Positions 1 through 12,720 of a DNA stretch of 33,098 nucleotides are shown here, one piece after another. Position 1 is the first letter of the stretch. Each line of letters starts with the position of its first letter. Location of the stretch: assembly GCA_032718475.1 (NCBI GenBank), contig JAUCBJ010002637.1:1-33098 (forward strand), written 5' to 3'. The DNA comes from Nemertoderma westbladi. Its lineage: Eukaryota > Animalia > Xenacoelomorpha. The position numbers were made by a program, and so were the translations under genes. The notes beneath the pieces were generated by a model, which saw only the letters and a program-made list of their open reading frames with translations, ran no database searches and was not told where the DNA came from.

Positions 1-3000
1 GCAGTGAGTAATATAGTAAACCCATCCTAAGGGATGCAGTGATATATATAATAAACCCGCCCTAAGGGATGCAGTGAATAATATAATAAAACCATCCCAA
101 GGGATGCAGTGAGTAATATAATAAAACCATCCCAAGGGATGCAGTGAGTAATATAATAAACCCACCCTAAGGGATGCAGTGAATAATATAATAAACCCGT
201 CCTAAGGGATGCAGTGATTAATATAATAAAACCATCCCAAGGGATGCAGTGAGTAATATAATAAACCCGTCCTAAGGGATCCAGTGATTAATATAATAAA
301 ACCATCCCAAGGGATGCAGTGAGTAATATAATAAAACCATCCTAAGGGATTCAGTGAGTAATATAGTAAACCCGTCCTAAGGGATGCAGTGAGTAATATA
401 ATAAACCCGCCCTAAGGGATGCAGTGAGTAATATAGTAAACCCATCCAAAGGGATGCAGAGATATATATAATAAACCCGCCCTAAGGGATGCAGTGAATA
501 ATATAATAAACCCGTCCTAAGGGATGCAGTGAGTAATATAGTAAACCCGTCCTAAGGGATGCAGTGAGTAATATAGTAAACCCGTCCTAAGGGATGCAGT
601 GAATAATATAATAAACCCTTCCTAAGGGATGCAGTGAGTAATATAATAAAACCATCCCAAGGGATGCAGTGAGTAATATAGTAAACCCAACCTAAGGGAT
701 GCAGTGAGTAATATAGTAAACCCATCCTAAGGGATGCAGTGAGTAATATAGTAAACCCAACCTAAGGGATGCAGTGAGTAATATAGTAAACACACCCTAA
801 GGGATGCAGTGAATAATATAATAAACCCGTCCTAAGGGATGCAGTGAGTAATATAGTAAACCCGTCCTAAGGGATGCAGTTAATAATATAATAAACCCTT
901 CCTAAGGGATGCAGTGAGTAATATAATAAAACCATCCCAAGGGATGCAGTGAGTAATATAATAAACCCACCCTAAGGGATGCAGTGAATAATATAATAAA
1001 CCCGTCCTAAGGGATGCAGTGAGTAATATAATAAAACCATCCCAAGGGATGCAGTGAGTAATATAATAAAGCCGTCCTAAGGGATGCAGTGAGTAATATA
1101 GTAAACCAATCCTAAAGGATGCAGTGAGTAATATAATAAACCCATCCTAAGGGATGCAGTGAGTAATATAGTAAACCAATCCTAAAGGATGCAGTGAGTA
1201 ATATAATAAAACCATCCCAAGGGATGCAGTGAGTATTATAATAAACCCGTCCTAAGGGATGCAGTGAGTAATATAGTAAACCAATCCTAAAGGATGCAGT
1301 GAGTAATATAATAAACCCATCCTAAGGGATGCAGTGAGTAATATAATAAACCCATCCTAAGGGATGCAGTGATATATATAATAAACCCGCCCTAAGGGAT
1401 GCAGTGAATAATATAATAAACCCGTCCTAAGGGATGCAGTGAGTAATATAATAAAACCAGTCCTAAGGGATGCAGTGAATAATATAATAAACCCGTCCTA
1501 AGGGATGCAGTGAGTAATATAATAAAACCAGTCCTAAGGGATGCAGTGAGTAATATAATAAAACCAGTCCTAAGGGATGCAGTGAGTAATATAATAAAAC
1601 CATCCCAAGGGATGCAGTGAGTAATATAATAAACCCATCCTAAGGGATGCAGTGATATATATAATAAACCCGCCCTAAGGGATGCAGTGAATAATATAAT
1701 AAACCCGTCCTAAGGGATGCAGTGAGTAATATAATAAAACCAGTCCTAAGGGATGCAGTGAGTAATATAATAAAACCAGTCCTAAGGGATGCAGTGAGTA
1801 ATATAATAAAACCATCCCAAGGGATGCAGTGAGTAATATAATAAACCCGTCCTAAGGGATGCAGTGAGTAATATAATAAACCCATCCTAAGGGATGCAGT
1901 GATATATATAATAAACCCGCCCTAAGGGATGCAGTGAATAATATAATAAACCCGTCCTAAGGGATGCAGTGAGTAATATAATAAAACCAGTCCTAAGGGA
2001 TGCAGTGAGTAATATAATAAAACCATCCCAAGGGATGCAGTGAGTAATATGATAAACCCATCCTAAGGGATGCAGTGATATATATAATAAACCCGCCCTA
2101 AGGGATGCAGTGAGTAAGATAGTAAACCCGTCCTAAGGGATGCAGTGAATAATATAATAAACCCTTCCTAAGGGATGCAGTGAGTAATATAATAAAACCA
2201 TCCCAAGGGATGCAGTGAGTAATATAATAAACCCACCCTAAGGGATGCAGTGAATAATATAATAAACCCGTCCTAAAGGATGCAGTGAGTAATATAGTAA
2301 ACCCATCCTAAGGGATGCAGTGATATATATAATAAACCCGCCCTAAGGGATGCAGTGAATAATATAATAAAACCATCCCAAGGGATGCAGTGAGTAATAT
2401 AATAAAACCATCCCAAGGGATGCAGTGAGTAATATAATAAACCCACCCTAAGGGATGCAGTGAATAATATAATAAACCCGTCCTAAGGGATGCAGTGATT
2501 AATATAATAAAACCATCCCAAGGGATGCAGTGAGTAATATAATAAACCCGTCCTAAGGGATCCAGTGATTAATATAATAAAACCATCCCAAGGGATGCAG
2601 TGAGTAATATAATAAAACCATCCTAAGGGATTCAGTGAGTAATATAGTAAACCCGTCCTAAGGGATGCAGTGAGTAATATAATAAACCCGCCCTAAGGGA
2701 TGCAGTGAGTAATATAGTAAACCCATCCAAAGGGATGCAGAGATATATATAATAAACCCGCCCTAAGGGATGCAGTGAATAATATAATAAACCCGTCCTA
2801 AGGGATGCAGTGAGTAATATAGTAAACCCGTCCTAAGGGATGCAGTGAGTAATATAGTAAACCCGTCCTAAGGGATGCAGTGAATAATATAATAAACCCT
2901 TCCTAAGGGATGCAGTGAGTAATATAATAAAACCATCCCAAGGGATGCAGTGAGTAATATAGTAAACCCAACCTAAGGGATGCAGTGAGTAATATAGTAA

Positions 3001-6000
3001 ACCCATCCTAAGGGATGCAGTGAGTAATATAGTAAACCCAACCTAAGGGATGCAGTGAGTAATATAGTAAACACACCCTAAGGGATGCAGTGAATAATAT
3101 AATAAACCCGTCCTAAGGGATGCAGTGAGTAATATAGTAAACCCGTCCTAAGGGATGCAGTTAATAATATAATAAACCCTTCCTAAGGGATGCAGTGAGT
3201 AATATAATAAAACCATCCCAAGGGATGCAGTGAGTAATATAATAAACCCACCCTAAGGGATGCAGTGAATAATATAATAAACCCGTCCTAAGGGATGCAG
3301 TGAGTAATATAATAAAACCATCCCAAGGGATGCAGTGAGTAATATAATAAAGCCGTCCTAAGGGATGCAGTGAGTAATATAGTAAACCAATCCTAAAGGA
3401 TGCAGTGAGTAATATAATAAACCCATCCTAAGGGATGCAGTGAGTAATATAGTAAACCAATCCTAAAGGATGCAGTGAGTAATATAATAAAACCATCCCA
3501 AGGGATGCAGTGAGTATTATAATAAACCCGTCCTAAGGGATGCAGTGAGTAATATAGTAAACCAATCCTAAAGGATGCAGTGAGTAATATAATAAACCCA
3601 TCCTAAGGGATGCAGTGAGTAATATAATAAACCCATCCTAAGGGATGCAGTGATATATATAATAAACCCGCCCTAAGGGATGCAGTGAATAATATAATAA
3701 ACCCGTCCTAAGGGATGCAGTGAGTAATATAATAAAACCAGTCCTAAGGGATGCAGTGAATAATATAATAAACCCGTCCTAAGGGATGCAGTGAGTAATA
3801 TAATAAAACCAGTCCTAAGGGATGCAGTGAGTAATATAATAAAACCAGTCCTAAGGGATGCAGTGAGTAATATAATAAAACCATCCCAAGGGATGCAGTG
3901 AGTAATATAATAAACCCATCCTAAGGGATGCAGTGATATATATAATAAACCCGCCCTAAGGGATGCAGTGAATAATATAATAAACCCGTCCTAAGGGATG
4001 CAGTGAGTAATATAATAAAACCAGTCCTAAGGGATGCAGTGAGTAATATAATAAAACCAGTCCTAAGGGATGCAGTGAGTAATATAATAAAACCATCCCA
4101 AGGGATGCAGTGAGTAATATAATAAACCCGTCCTAAGGGATGCAGTGAGTAATATAATAAACCCATCCTAAGGGATGCAGTGATATATATAATAAACCCG
4201 CCCTAAGGGATGCAGTGAATAATATAATAAACCCGTCCTAAGGGATGCAGTGAGTAATATAATAAAACCAGTCCTAAGGGATGCAGTGAGTAATATAATA
4301 AAACCATCCCAAGGGATGCAGTGAGTAATATGATAAACCCATCCTAAGGGATGCAGTGATATATATAATAAACCCGCCCTAAGGGATGCAGTGAGTAAGA
4401 TAGTAAACCCGTCCTAAGGGATGCAGTGAATAATATAATAAACCCTTCCTAAGGGATGCAGTGAGTAATATAATAAAACCATCCCAAGGGATGCAGTGAG
4501 TAATATAATAAACCCACCCTAAGGGATGCAGTGAATAATATAATAAACCCGTCCTAAAGGATGCAGTGAGTAATATAGTAAACCCATCCTAAGGGATGCA
4601 GTGATATATATAATAAACCCGCCCTAAGGGATGCAGTGAATAATATAATAAAACCATCCCAAGGGATGCAGTGAGTAATATAATAAAACCATCCCAAGGG
4701 ATGCAGTGAGTAATATAATAAACCCACCCTAAGGGATGCAGTGAATAATATAATAAACCCGTCCTAAGGGATGCAGTGATTAATATAATAAAACCATCCC
4801 AAGGGATGCAGTGAGTAATATAATAAACCCGTCCTAAGGGATCCAGTGATTAATATAATAAAACCATCCCAAGGGATGCAGTGAGTAATATAATAAAACC
4901 ATCCTAAGGGATTCAGTGAGTAATATAGTAAACCCGTCCTAAGGGATGCAGTGAGTAATATAATAAACCCGCCCTAAGGGATGCAGTGAGTAATATAGTA
5001 AACCCATCCAAAGGGATGCAGAGATATATATAATAAACCCGCCCTAAGGGATGCAGTGAATAATATAATAAACCCGTCCTAAGGGATGCAGTGAGTAATA
5101 TAGTAAACCCGTCCTAAGGGATGCAGTGAGTAATATAGTAAACCCGTCCTAAGGGATGCAGTGAATAATATAATAAACCCTTCCTAAGGGATGCAGTGAG
5201 TAATATAATAAAACCATCCCAAGGGATGCAGTGAGTAATATAGTAAACCCAACCTAAGGGATGCAGTGAGTAATATAGTAAACCCATCCTAAGGGATGCA
5301 GTGAGTAATATAGTAAACCCAACCTAAGGGATGCAGTGAGTAATATAGTAAACACACCCTAAGGGATGCAGTGAATAATATAATAAACCCGTCCTAAGGG
5401 ATGCAGTGAGTAATATAGTAAACCCGTCCTAAGGGATGCAGTTAATAATATAATAAACCCTTCCTAAGGGATGCAGTGAGTAATATAATAAAACCATCCC
5501 AAGGGATGCAGTGAGTAATATAATAAACCCACCCTAAGGGATGCAGTGAATAATATAATAAACCCGTCCTAAGGGATGCAGTGAGTAATATAATAAAACC
5601 ATCCCAAGGGATGCAGTGAGTAATATAATAAAGCCGTCCTAAGGGATGCAGTGAGTAATATAGTAAACCAATCCTAAAGGATGCAGTGAGTAATATAATA
5701 AACCCATCCTAAGGGATGCAGTGAGTAATATAGTAAACCAATCCTAAAGGATGCAGTGAGTAATATAATAAAACCATCCCAAGGGATGCAGTGAGTATTA
5801 TAATAAACCCGTCCTAAGGGATGCAGTGAGTAATATAGTAAACCAATCCTAAAGGATGCAGTGAGTAATATAATAAACCCATCCTAAGGGATGCAGTGAG
5901 TAATATAGTAAACCCGTCCTAAGGGAAGCATGCAGTGAGTAATATAGTAAACCCAACCTAAGGGATGCAGTGAGTAATATAGTAAACCCGTCTTAAGGGA

Positions 6001-6836
6001 AGCATCCAGTGAGTAATATAATAAAACCATCCCAAGGGATGCAGTGAATAATATAATAAACCCGTCCTAAGGGATGCAGTGAGTAATATAGTAAACCCGT
6101 CCTAAGGGATGCAGTGAATAATATAATAAACCCTTCCTAAGGGATGCAGTGAGTAATATAATAAAACCATCCCAAGGGATTCAGTGAGATATATAATAAA
6201 CCCGTCCTAAGGGATTCAGTTAGTAATATAATAAAACCATCCTAAGGGATTCAGTTAGTAATATAATAAAACCATCCTAAGGGATTCAGTGAGTAATATA
6301 GTAAACCCGTCCTAAGGGATGCAGTGAGTAATATAATAAAACCATCCCAAGGGATGCAGTGAGTAATATAATAAACCCGTCCAAAGGGATTCAGTTAGTA
6401 ATATAATAAAACCATCCTAAGGGATTCAGTTAGTAATATAATAAAACCATCCTAAGGGATTCAGTGAGTAATATAGTAAACCCGTCCTAAGGGATGCAGT
6501 GAGTAATATAGTAAACCCGTCCTAAGGGATGCAGTGAGTAATATAGTAAATCCATCCTAAGGGATGCAGTGAGTAATATAATAAAACCATCCTAAGGGAT
6601 TCAGTGAGTAATATAGTAAACCCGTCCTAAGGGATGCAGTGAGTAATATAATAAAACCATCCTAAGGGATTCAGTGAGTAATATAGTAAATCCATCCTAA
6701 GGGATTCAGTGAGTAATATAGTAAATCCGCCCTAAGGGATGCAGTGAATAATATAATAAACCCTTCCTAAGGGATGCAGTGAGTAATATAGTAAACCCAT
6801 CCTAAGGGATGCAGTGAGTAATATAGTAAACCCGTC
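1..6836. repeat. 35-bp tandem satellite (about 195 monomers in window, continues past window start) with a 2281-bp higher-order repeat
   Basis: Consensus GCAGTGAGTAATATAATAAACCCGTCCTAAGGGAT. Rare variants recur at exactly +2281 (e.g. 'aaagccgt', G at 1071/3352/5633; identical ORFs at 1640 and 3921). Confidence 0.98.
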
Positions 6837-9640
6837 GTACCAGCTTGCCCTGTAGATTGCCCCCAACCGAACCCTCTATACATCCAACCTACCAGTTTGC
6901 CCTGTAGATTGCCCCCAACCGAACCCTCTATACATCCAACCTACCAGTTTGCCCTGTAGATTGCGCCCCACGGCACCCTCTCTACCTCTAACCTACCAGT
7001 TTGCCCTGTATATTGCCTTCCACTGAATTCTCTCTACCTCTAACCTACCAGTTTGCCCTGTATATTGCCCTCCACTGAACCATCTCTACCTCTAACCTAC
7101 CAATTTGCCCTGTATATTGCCCTCAACCTCCACTGAACCCTCTCGACCTCTAACCTACCAGTTTACCCCGTATATTGCCATCCACTAAACCCTCTCTACC
7201 TCCAACCTACCAGTTTGCCCTGTATAGTGCCCTCCACTGCACCCTCTCTACCTCTAACCTACCAGTTTGCCCTGTAGATTGCCCCCCACCGAACCCTCTC
7301 TACCTCTAACCTACCAGTTTGCCCTTTATATTGCCCTCCGCTGAACCCTCTCTACCTCTAACCTACCAGTTTGTCCTGTATATTGCCCTCCACTGCACCC
7401 TCTCTACCTCTAACCTACCAGTTTGCCCTGTAGATTGCCCCCCACCGAACCTTCTCTACCTCTAACCTACCAGTTTGCCCTGTAGATTGCCCCCCACCGA
7501 ACCATCTCTACCTCTAACCTACCAGTTTGCCCTGTAGATTGCCCTCCACTGATCCCTATCTACCTCTAACCTACCTGTTTGCCCTGTAGATTGCCCCCCA
7601 CCGAACCTTCTCTACCTCTAACCTACCAGTTTGCCCTGTAGATTGCCCCCCACCGAACCCTCTCTGCCCCTAACCTACCAGTTTGCCCTGTATATTGCCT
7701 TCCGCTGAACCCTCTCTACCTCTAACCTACCAGTTTGTCCTGTATATTGCCCTCCATTGCACCCTCTCTACCTCTAACCTACCAGTTTGCCCTGTAGATT
7801 GCCCCCACCGAACCCTCTCTATCTCTAACCAACCAGTTTGCCCTGTAGATTGCCCCCCACCGAACCATCTCTACCTCTAACCTACCAATTTGCCCTGTAG
7901 ATTGCCCTCCACTGATCCCTCTCTACCTCTAACCTACCTGTTTGCCCTGTAGATTGCCCCCCACCGAACCTTCTCTACCTCTAACCTACCAGTTTGCCCT
8001 GTAGATTGCCCTCCACCGAACCCTCTCTGCCCCTAACCTACCAGTTTGCCCTGTATATTGCCTTCCACTGAACCCTCTCTACCTCTAACCTATCAGTTTG
8101 CTACCTCTAACCTACCAGTTTGTCCTGTATATTGCCTTCCACTGAACCCTCTCTACCTCTAACCTACCAGTTTGCCCTGTAGATTGCCCTCCACTGAACC
8201 CTATCTACCTCTAACCTACCAGTTTGCCCTGTAGATTGCCCTCCAATGAACCCTCTCTACCTCCAACCTACCAGTATGCCCTGTAGATTGCTCCCCACCG
8301 AACCCTCTCTACCTCTAACCTACCAGTTTGCCCTGTAGATTGCCCCCCACCGAACCCTTTCTACCTCTAACCTACCAGTTTGCCCTGTAGATTGCCCCCC
8401 ACCGAACCCTTTCTACCTCTAACCTACCAGTTTGCCCTGTAGATTGCCCCCCACCGAACCATCTCTACCTCTAACCTACCAGTTTGCCCTGTAGATTGCC
8501 CTCCACTGATCCCTCTCTACCTCTAACCTACCTGTTTGCCCTGTAGATTGCCCTCCAATGAACCCTCTCTACCTCCAACCTACCAGTTTGCCCTGTAGAT
8601 TGCCCCCCACCGAACCCTCTCTGCCTCTAACCTACCAGTTTGCCCTGTATATTGCCTTCCACTGAACCCTCTCTACCTCTAACCTATCAGTTTGCAACCT
8701 CTAACCTACCAGTTTGTCCTGTATATTGCCTTCCACTGAACACTCTCTACCTCTAACCTACCAGTTTGCCCTGTAGATTGCCCTCCACTGAACCCTATCT
8801 ACCTCTAACCTACCAGTTTGCCCTGTAGAGTGCCCTCCAATGAACCCTCTCTACCATCAACCTACCAGTTTGCCCTGTAGATTGCCCCCCACCGAACCTT
8901 CTCTACCTCTAACCTACCAGTTTGCCCTGTATATTGCCTTCCACTGAACCCTCTCTACCTCTAACCTATCAGTTTGCTACCTCTAACCTACCAGTTTGTC
9001 CTGTATATTGCCTTCCACTGAACCCTCTCTACCTCTAACCTACCAGTTTGCCCTGTATATTGCCTTCCACTGAACCCTCTCTACTTCTAACCTGCCAGTT
9101 TGCCCTGTATATTGCCCTCCACTGAACCCTCTTTACATTTAACCTACCAGTTTGCCCTGTAGATTGCCCCCCACCGAACCATCTCTGCCTCTAACCTACC
9201 AGTTTGCCCTGTAGATTGCCCTCCACTGAACCCTCTTTACATTTAACCTACCAGTTTTTCCTGTATATTGCCTTCCACTGAACCCTCTCTACTTCTAACC
9301 TGCCAGTTTGCCCTGTATATTGCCCTCCACTGAACCCTCTTTACATTTAACCTACCAGTTTGCCCTGTAGATTGCCCCCCACCGAACCCTCTCTGCCTCT
9401 AACCTACCAGTTTGCCCTCCACTGAACCCTCTTTACATTTAACCTACCAGTTTGCCCTGTAGATTGCCCTCCACAGCACCCTCTCTACCTCTAACCTACC
9501 AGTTTGTCCTGTATATTGCCTTCCACTGAACCCTCTCTACTTCTAACCTGCCAGTTTGCCCTGTATATTGCCCTCCACTGAACCCTCTTTACATTTAACC
9601 TACCAGTTTGCCCTGTAGATTGCCCTCCACAGCACCCTCT
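6837..9640. repeat. 52-bp tandem minisatellite (about 54 copies) containing the exon end and splice donor of exon 9919-9604
   Basis: Unit ~ACCAGTTTGCCCTGTAGATTGCCCCCCACCGAACCCTCTCTACCTCTAACCT; 'accag' at 6839, 6891, 6943 gives period 52. Minus strand reads ...GGGCAATCTACAGGGCAAACTG|GTAGGT. Confidence 0.97.
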
Positions 9641-9919
9641 CCAGCTCTGCAGTATGCCTGGCAACCGATGTGCATAGTTATCCCGGCAAACTCCTCCGGT
9701 ACGCCCCCTCGCGGTTCACAACGGACACCGACAACTGCTTTGTAGCATCGCTTTATCAACTCCTTTATCTCAGTACGGGTGCAACAGCCAATCAATAGCC
9801 GCTCTACCTCAGCTGGGTAGCTATGGTAACCGGCGTATACAGCAAACTCTTCCTCGTCCAATCGAGAAAGAGTTTCCTTGTATAACAACATCCGTTCATC
9901 CGGGTGGATTTGGTCAGAA
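9604..9919 (-). CDS. Internal coding exon (316 nt) of an unidentified multi-exon gene: SDQIHPDERMLLYKETLSRLDEEEF...MHIGCQAYCRAGEGAVEGNLQGKL
   Basis: Acceptor ttttgtttcag|T at 9920/9919, donor CTG|GTAGGT at 9604/9603. Open, protein-like frame. The 1-nt overhang completes the phase-2 end of exon 11919-11720 (AG+T = Ser). Confidence 0.8.
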
Positions 9920-10483
9920 CTGAAACAAAATATGGTATATTTTACTGCGGTCATTGCGGTTACTGCTGTCACGTAGTGAGCATAGTCTGCCTTAATACTT
10001 AGTCTATGGTTTCAGATTTGTCTATTTTTCTTATGTATGTCGATTGTGCTCTATCATATCCCCGTGTACTCGGACTGGAATCCGTTCTCTGTTGGGTAGC
10101 TTCTCTTAATTCGATTTTCGTTAAATCAAACGATTACGATTCGTTGATTCGTAATGCATTGTAAGTCTAATATTCAGATAAATTCATTTTTTGTTAAATA
10201 TATAAACTGGGCCGACCGTCGGACTAAATACAATGTGTCTTTCTACAGTATTCAGAATAAACCGACCTATTAGAGAAATAACAAAAGAAATAAGAATATA
10301 TTTTATCTTTACTACCTTGGTAGATAATGATATTCGAACATTTTTAAACATCCAAGATTTGGATGTGATAGAGATTTGGCAACAAAATGGTTGTAGAAAC
10401 CATTTCGGACCACCACAAGGCGCCTTACAGATTTCAACTTTGCTGACGATATTGGTGTTCTGTCGTAGTCGGTGAGCCAGAAA

Positions 10484-10712
10484 TTTTCTACAAATCTTAC
10501 TTAATGATATTGCATGAAATTTGAAATAGAGATAGTTTCACCTCCCTGCTCCTCCGTGGGTGAGCCAGAATTGTTATTTTTGCTTTCATGCTTTTGCTAC
10601 AAGCGTTTATAAAAGGTGTCTCCGTCGATATTGCACCAGTTACACCGCTTATATTCTTCAATCTCATATAAGTTGTTGATTGTTGATGGAAAAAGCTGGC
10701 CGGCCGCGGCCA
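10484..10712 (+). mobile_element. Fragment of a dispersed repeat, homologous to the left arm of the foldback element at about 12040-12260
   Basis: Shares 'gattgcatgaaatttgaaatagagatagttt...cacctccc...ctcctccgtggg.gagccagaatt...gctacaagcgttt...gtgtctccg.cgatat...aagctggccggcc' with 12040-12260. Confidence 0.8.
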
Positions 10713-10714
10713 TG

Positions 10715-11440
10715 TTCTCTGAATGTCTGTAGGTAGGTCGTCCCAAAGTTTGGTGGCCTCTGGTAGGATATGGAGGACCGGGTGAGATTGGACCGGTATA
10801 ATGGTGGTTGGTAGCTTGGAATGCACTGCTGGCTGTTCGAGTGGGATAAGTATGGATAGATTTGGTGAGTGTGAAGTTGTTGTTTAGTTGGGATGTGAGT
10901 TTTGATAGACCCAGTAACTGTAGTCATTGGAATTTATAGAGTGAGGACAGATTCATGGTCATGAGATTTCAAGAGGATTATTCGGATGATTTTTTCTGTA
11001 ATTATATTAGAGGAAGAAGGCAGACAGTGGTGTGAGAATCGCCGCAGTTCCCCACGCCGTGACTTAAGTGGGAGTCAACCATAGAGAATGATATAAGTTA
11101 ATGCACGGTATGTTTAGTGGCAAGAAGTTCTTAGCTTTGTTTATAATTCCAATATTTTTTGCAATTTTTAGTCGAATATAATCGATGTGTTTGTTCCATT
11201 TTAAATTATCGCTGATAAATATACCAGGAATTTTATATGTTTAACTTGTTCAATGTTGTGTGGACCAATTGAGATTTTCGGTAGTAGGCTTATTCTTAAG
11301 TTGCGATTTTTCTGAAAAATCATAAATTTTTTTGTGCTTTGGTGATGTTTAGGGAAAGTTTATTAGTTTGGAGCCATATTATTAGAATATTTTCAAATTT
11401 CGTGTTTGCTAATGTAATCAGATCGTCTGAATATTTATTG
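10715..11440 (-). mobile_element. Degenerate non-LTR retrotransposon (CR1/L2-like LINE), 3' part of ORF2
   Basis: Frameshifted minus-strand translation gives WLQTNKLSLNITK...IEQVKHIKFL...ISDNLKWNKHIDYIRLKIAKNIGIINKAK...LQKKIIRII...KLWDDLP, typical of the RT thumb/C-terminus of CR1/L2-group elements. Confidence 0.8.
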
Positions 11441-11719
11441 GAAATAAATATTGTAATGAATCGATAGCGAAAAGGAAAAAAAATTTAAATTTGTTGATGA
11501 GGCCGTAATATCATTATCACTGCCATCGCTGTCAGGATCAACCTGTTGACAACCTTCTGCTCTGGAAACCACCATGAAGCAGACATGTTGACCACGCCAA
11601 ACTTGAAAAGTTTGTGGCTGACTGGGTGATTTCATGCGACTTTATTTCTGGGACTGCTGTTCACGGCCTTCTATAATACCATGCCTTGTACTCTACGTAT
11701 GCTACAATCCTACACTAAC

Positions 11720-11919
11720 CTGCTCATTCGAACGTTGCTTAGCAACTGGGTGGCTCCGTGCCAGGAAGCCAGTACCTCCTCTACCGAAACAAATCCAATG
11801 AACCCCTGTCCCGTTGCCATGGTAGAGGCGACCGCATTGAGAGGAGATAGAGACTCTGCTACCGCACTGTGAAACTGAATCTCCAACTCAAGAATCAGAG
11901 ACAAACTCTTTGCGAATAT
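11720..11919 (-). CDS. Internal coding exon (200 nt) of the same unidentified gene: IFAKSLSLILELEIQFHSAVAESLSPL...QLLSNVRMS
   Basis: Acceptor tttctcattag|ATA at 11920/11919 (phase 0, matching the upstream exon). Donor AG|GTTAGT at 11720/11719 (phase 2, matching the downstream exon). Frame is open (ORF 11710..11904). Confidence 0.8.
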
Positions 11920-12039
11920 CTAATGAGAAATCAATAATTTCACTCCAATTTAATTAAATATGATAATATAATAGATATAACCATGTCCTGGAATATAGTG
12001 TAACGGAGAAATGGATCCCACCCCCCCCCCCCCCCCCCC

Positions 12040-12720
12040 ATTTTTTCTACAAATCGTAATGAGATTGCATGAAATTTGAAATAGAGATAGTTTGTCACCT
12101 CCCTCCTCCTCCGTGGGAGAGCCAGAATTTTTAATTTGCTTTCAATCTTTAGCTACAAGCGTTTGAAAAATGTGTCTCCGGCGATATTTCACCAGTTACA
12201 CTCCAGTTATTCTTCAACCTTATAGTGAGTTGTTGCTACTGATGGAAAGCTGGCCGGCCATGTAAGGAATCCAAATATGTAACATAATCTAAATTTCGTT
12301 GAAAACTAGCTGAGATTTGAGCGTCAAAAGTTTCATGGTTTTACATCTGCATGAGGCTATTTTATTCTATTAAATAAAAATACCTTATTCTAGAACATTT
12401 TGTTTATTTATGAATAGCTACGTAATAGTATAATTAAAGAGGCATTGCATTGTTGCCCAGCTACATATGGAATAAACAAAATGTTCTAGAACATTGTGTA
12501 TTTATTAAATAGAATAAATGGCCTGCGGGGGAAGCAAATACATGCAACATTCGAATGCCAATATCTCAGCTATTTACCAACCAAATTCAAATGTTTTTAC
12601 AGATTTGGAATCCTTGCACGGTCAGCTTTCTACTAGTGCCAATAAATCACTATAAGGTTGAAGAATGATTGCACTGTGAGCTGTGGAATATCGCCGGAGA
12701 CACATTTTTCAAACACTTGT
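12040..12720. mobile_element. Long imperfect palindrome (foldback/MITE-like element), right arm cut off by the 60-bp array
   Basis: acaagcgtttgaaaaatgtgtctccggcgatat (from 12155) pairs with atatcgccggagacacatttttcaaacacttgt (to 12720). Inner pair ttctagaacattttgtttatt / aataaacaaaatgttctagaa. Centre about 12437; second partial copy at 10484-10712. Confidence 0.8.

Noticed and set aside
1640-7880. Short ORFs at 1640, 3921 and 7683
   Set aside because: Chance open frames in satellite DNA; the first two are copies within the higher-order repeat.
6837-9640. Telomere-like TAACC/CCTAA motifs in the 52-bp and 35-bp units
   Set aside because: Only single occurrences per unit, better explained as parts of the splice donor (GTAGGTTAG) and acceptor (CTTAG).
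11774-11776. Alternative donor GAG|GTACTG for the middle exon
   Set aside because: Phase 0 does not match the next exon, whereas AG|GTTAGT at 11720 is stronger and in phase.
9817-11826. X-box-like GTAGCTATGGTAAC (9817) and GTTGCCATGGTAGA (11813)
   Set aside because: Both lie inside predicted coding exons far from any evident promoter; they cannot be distinguished from chance.
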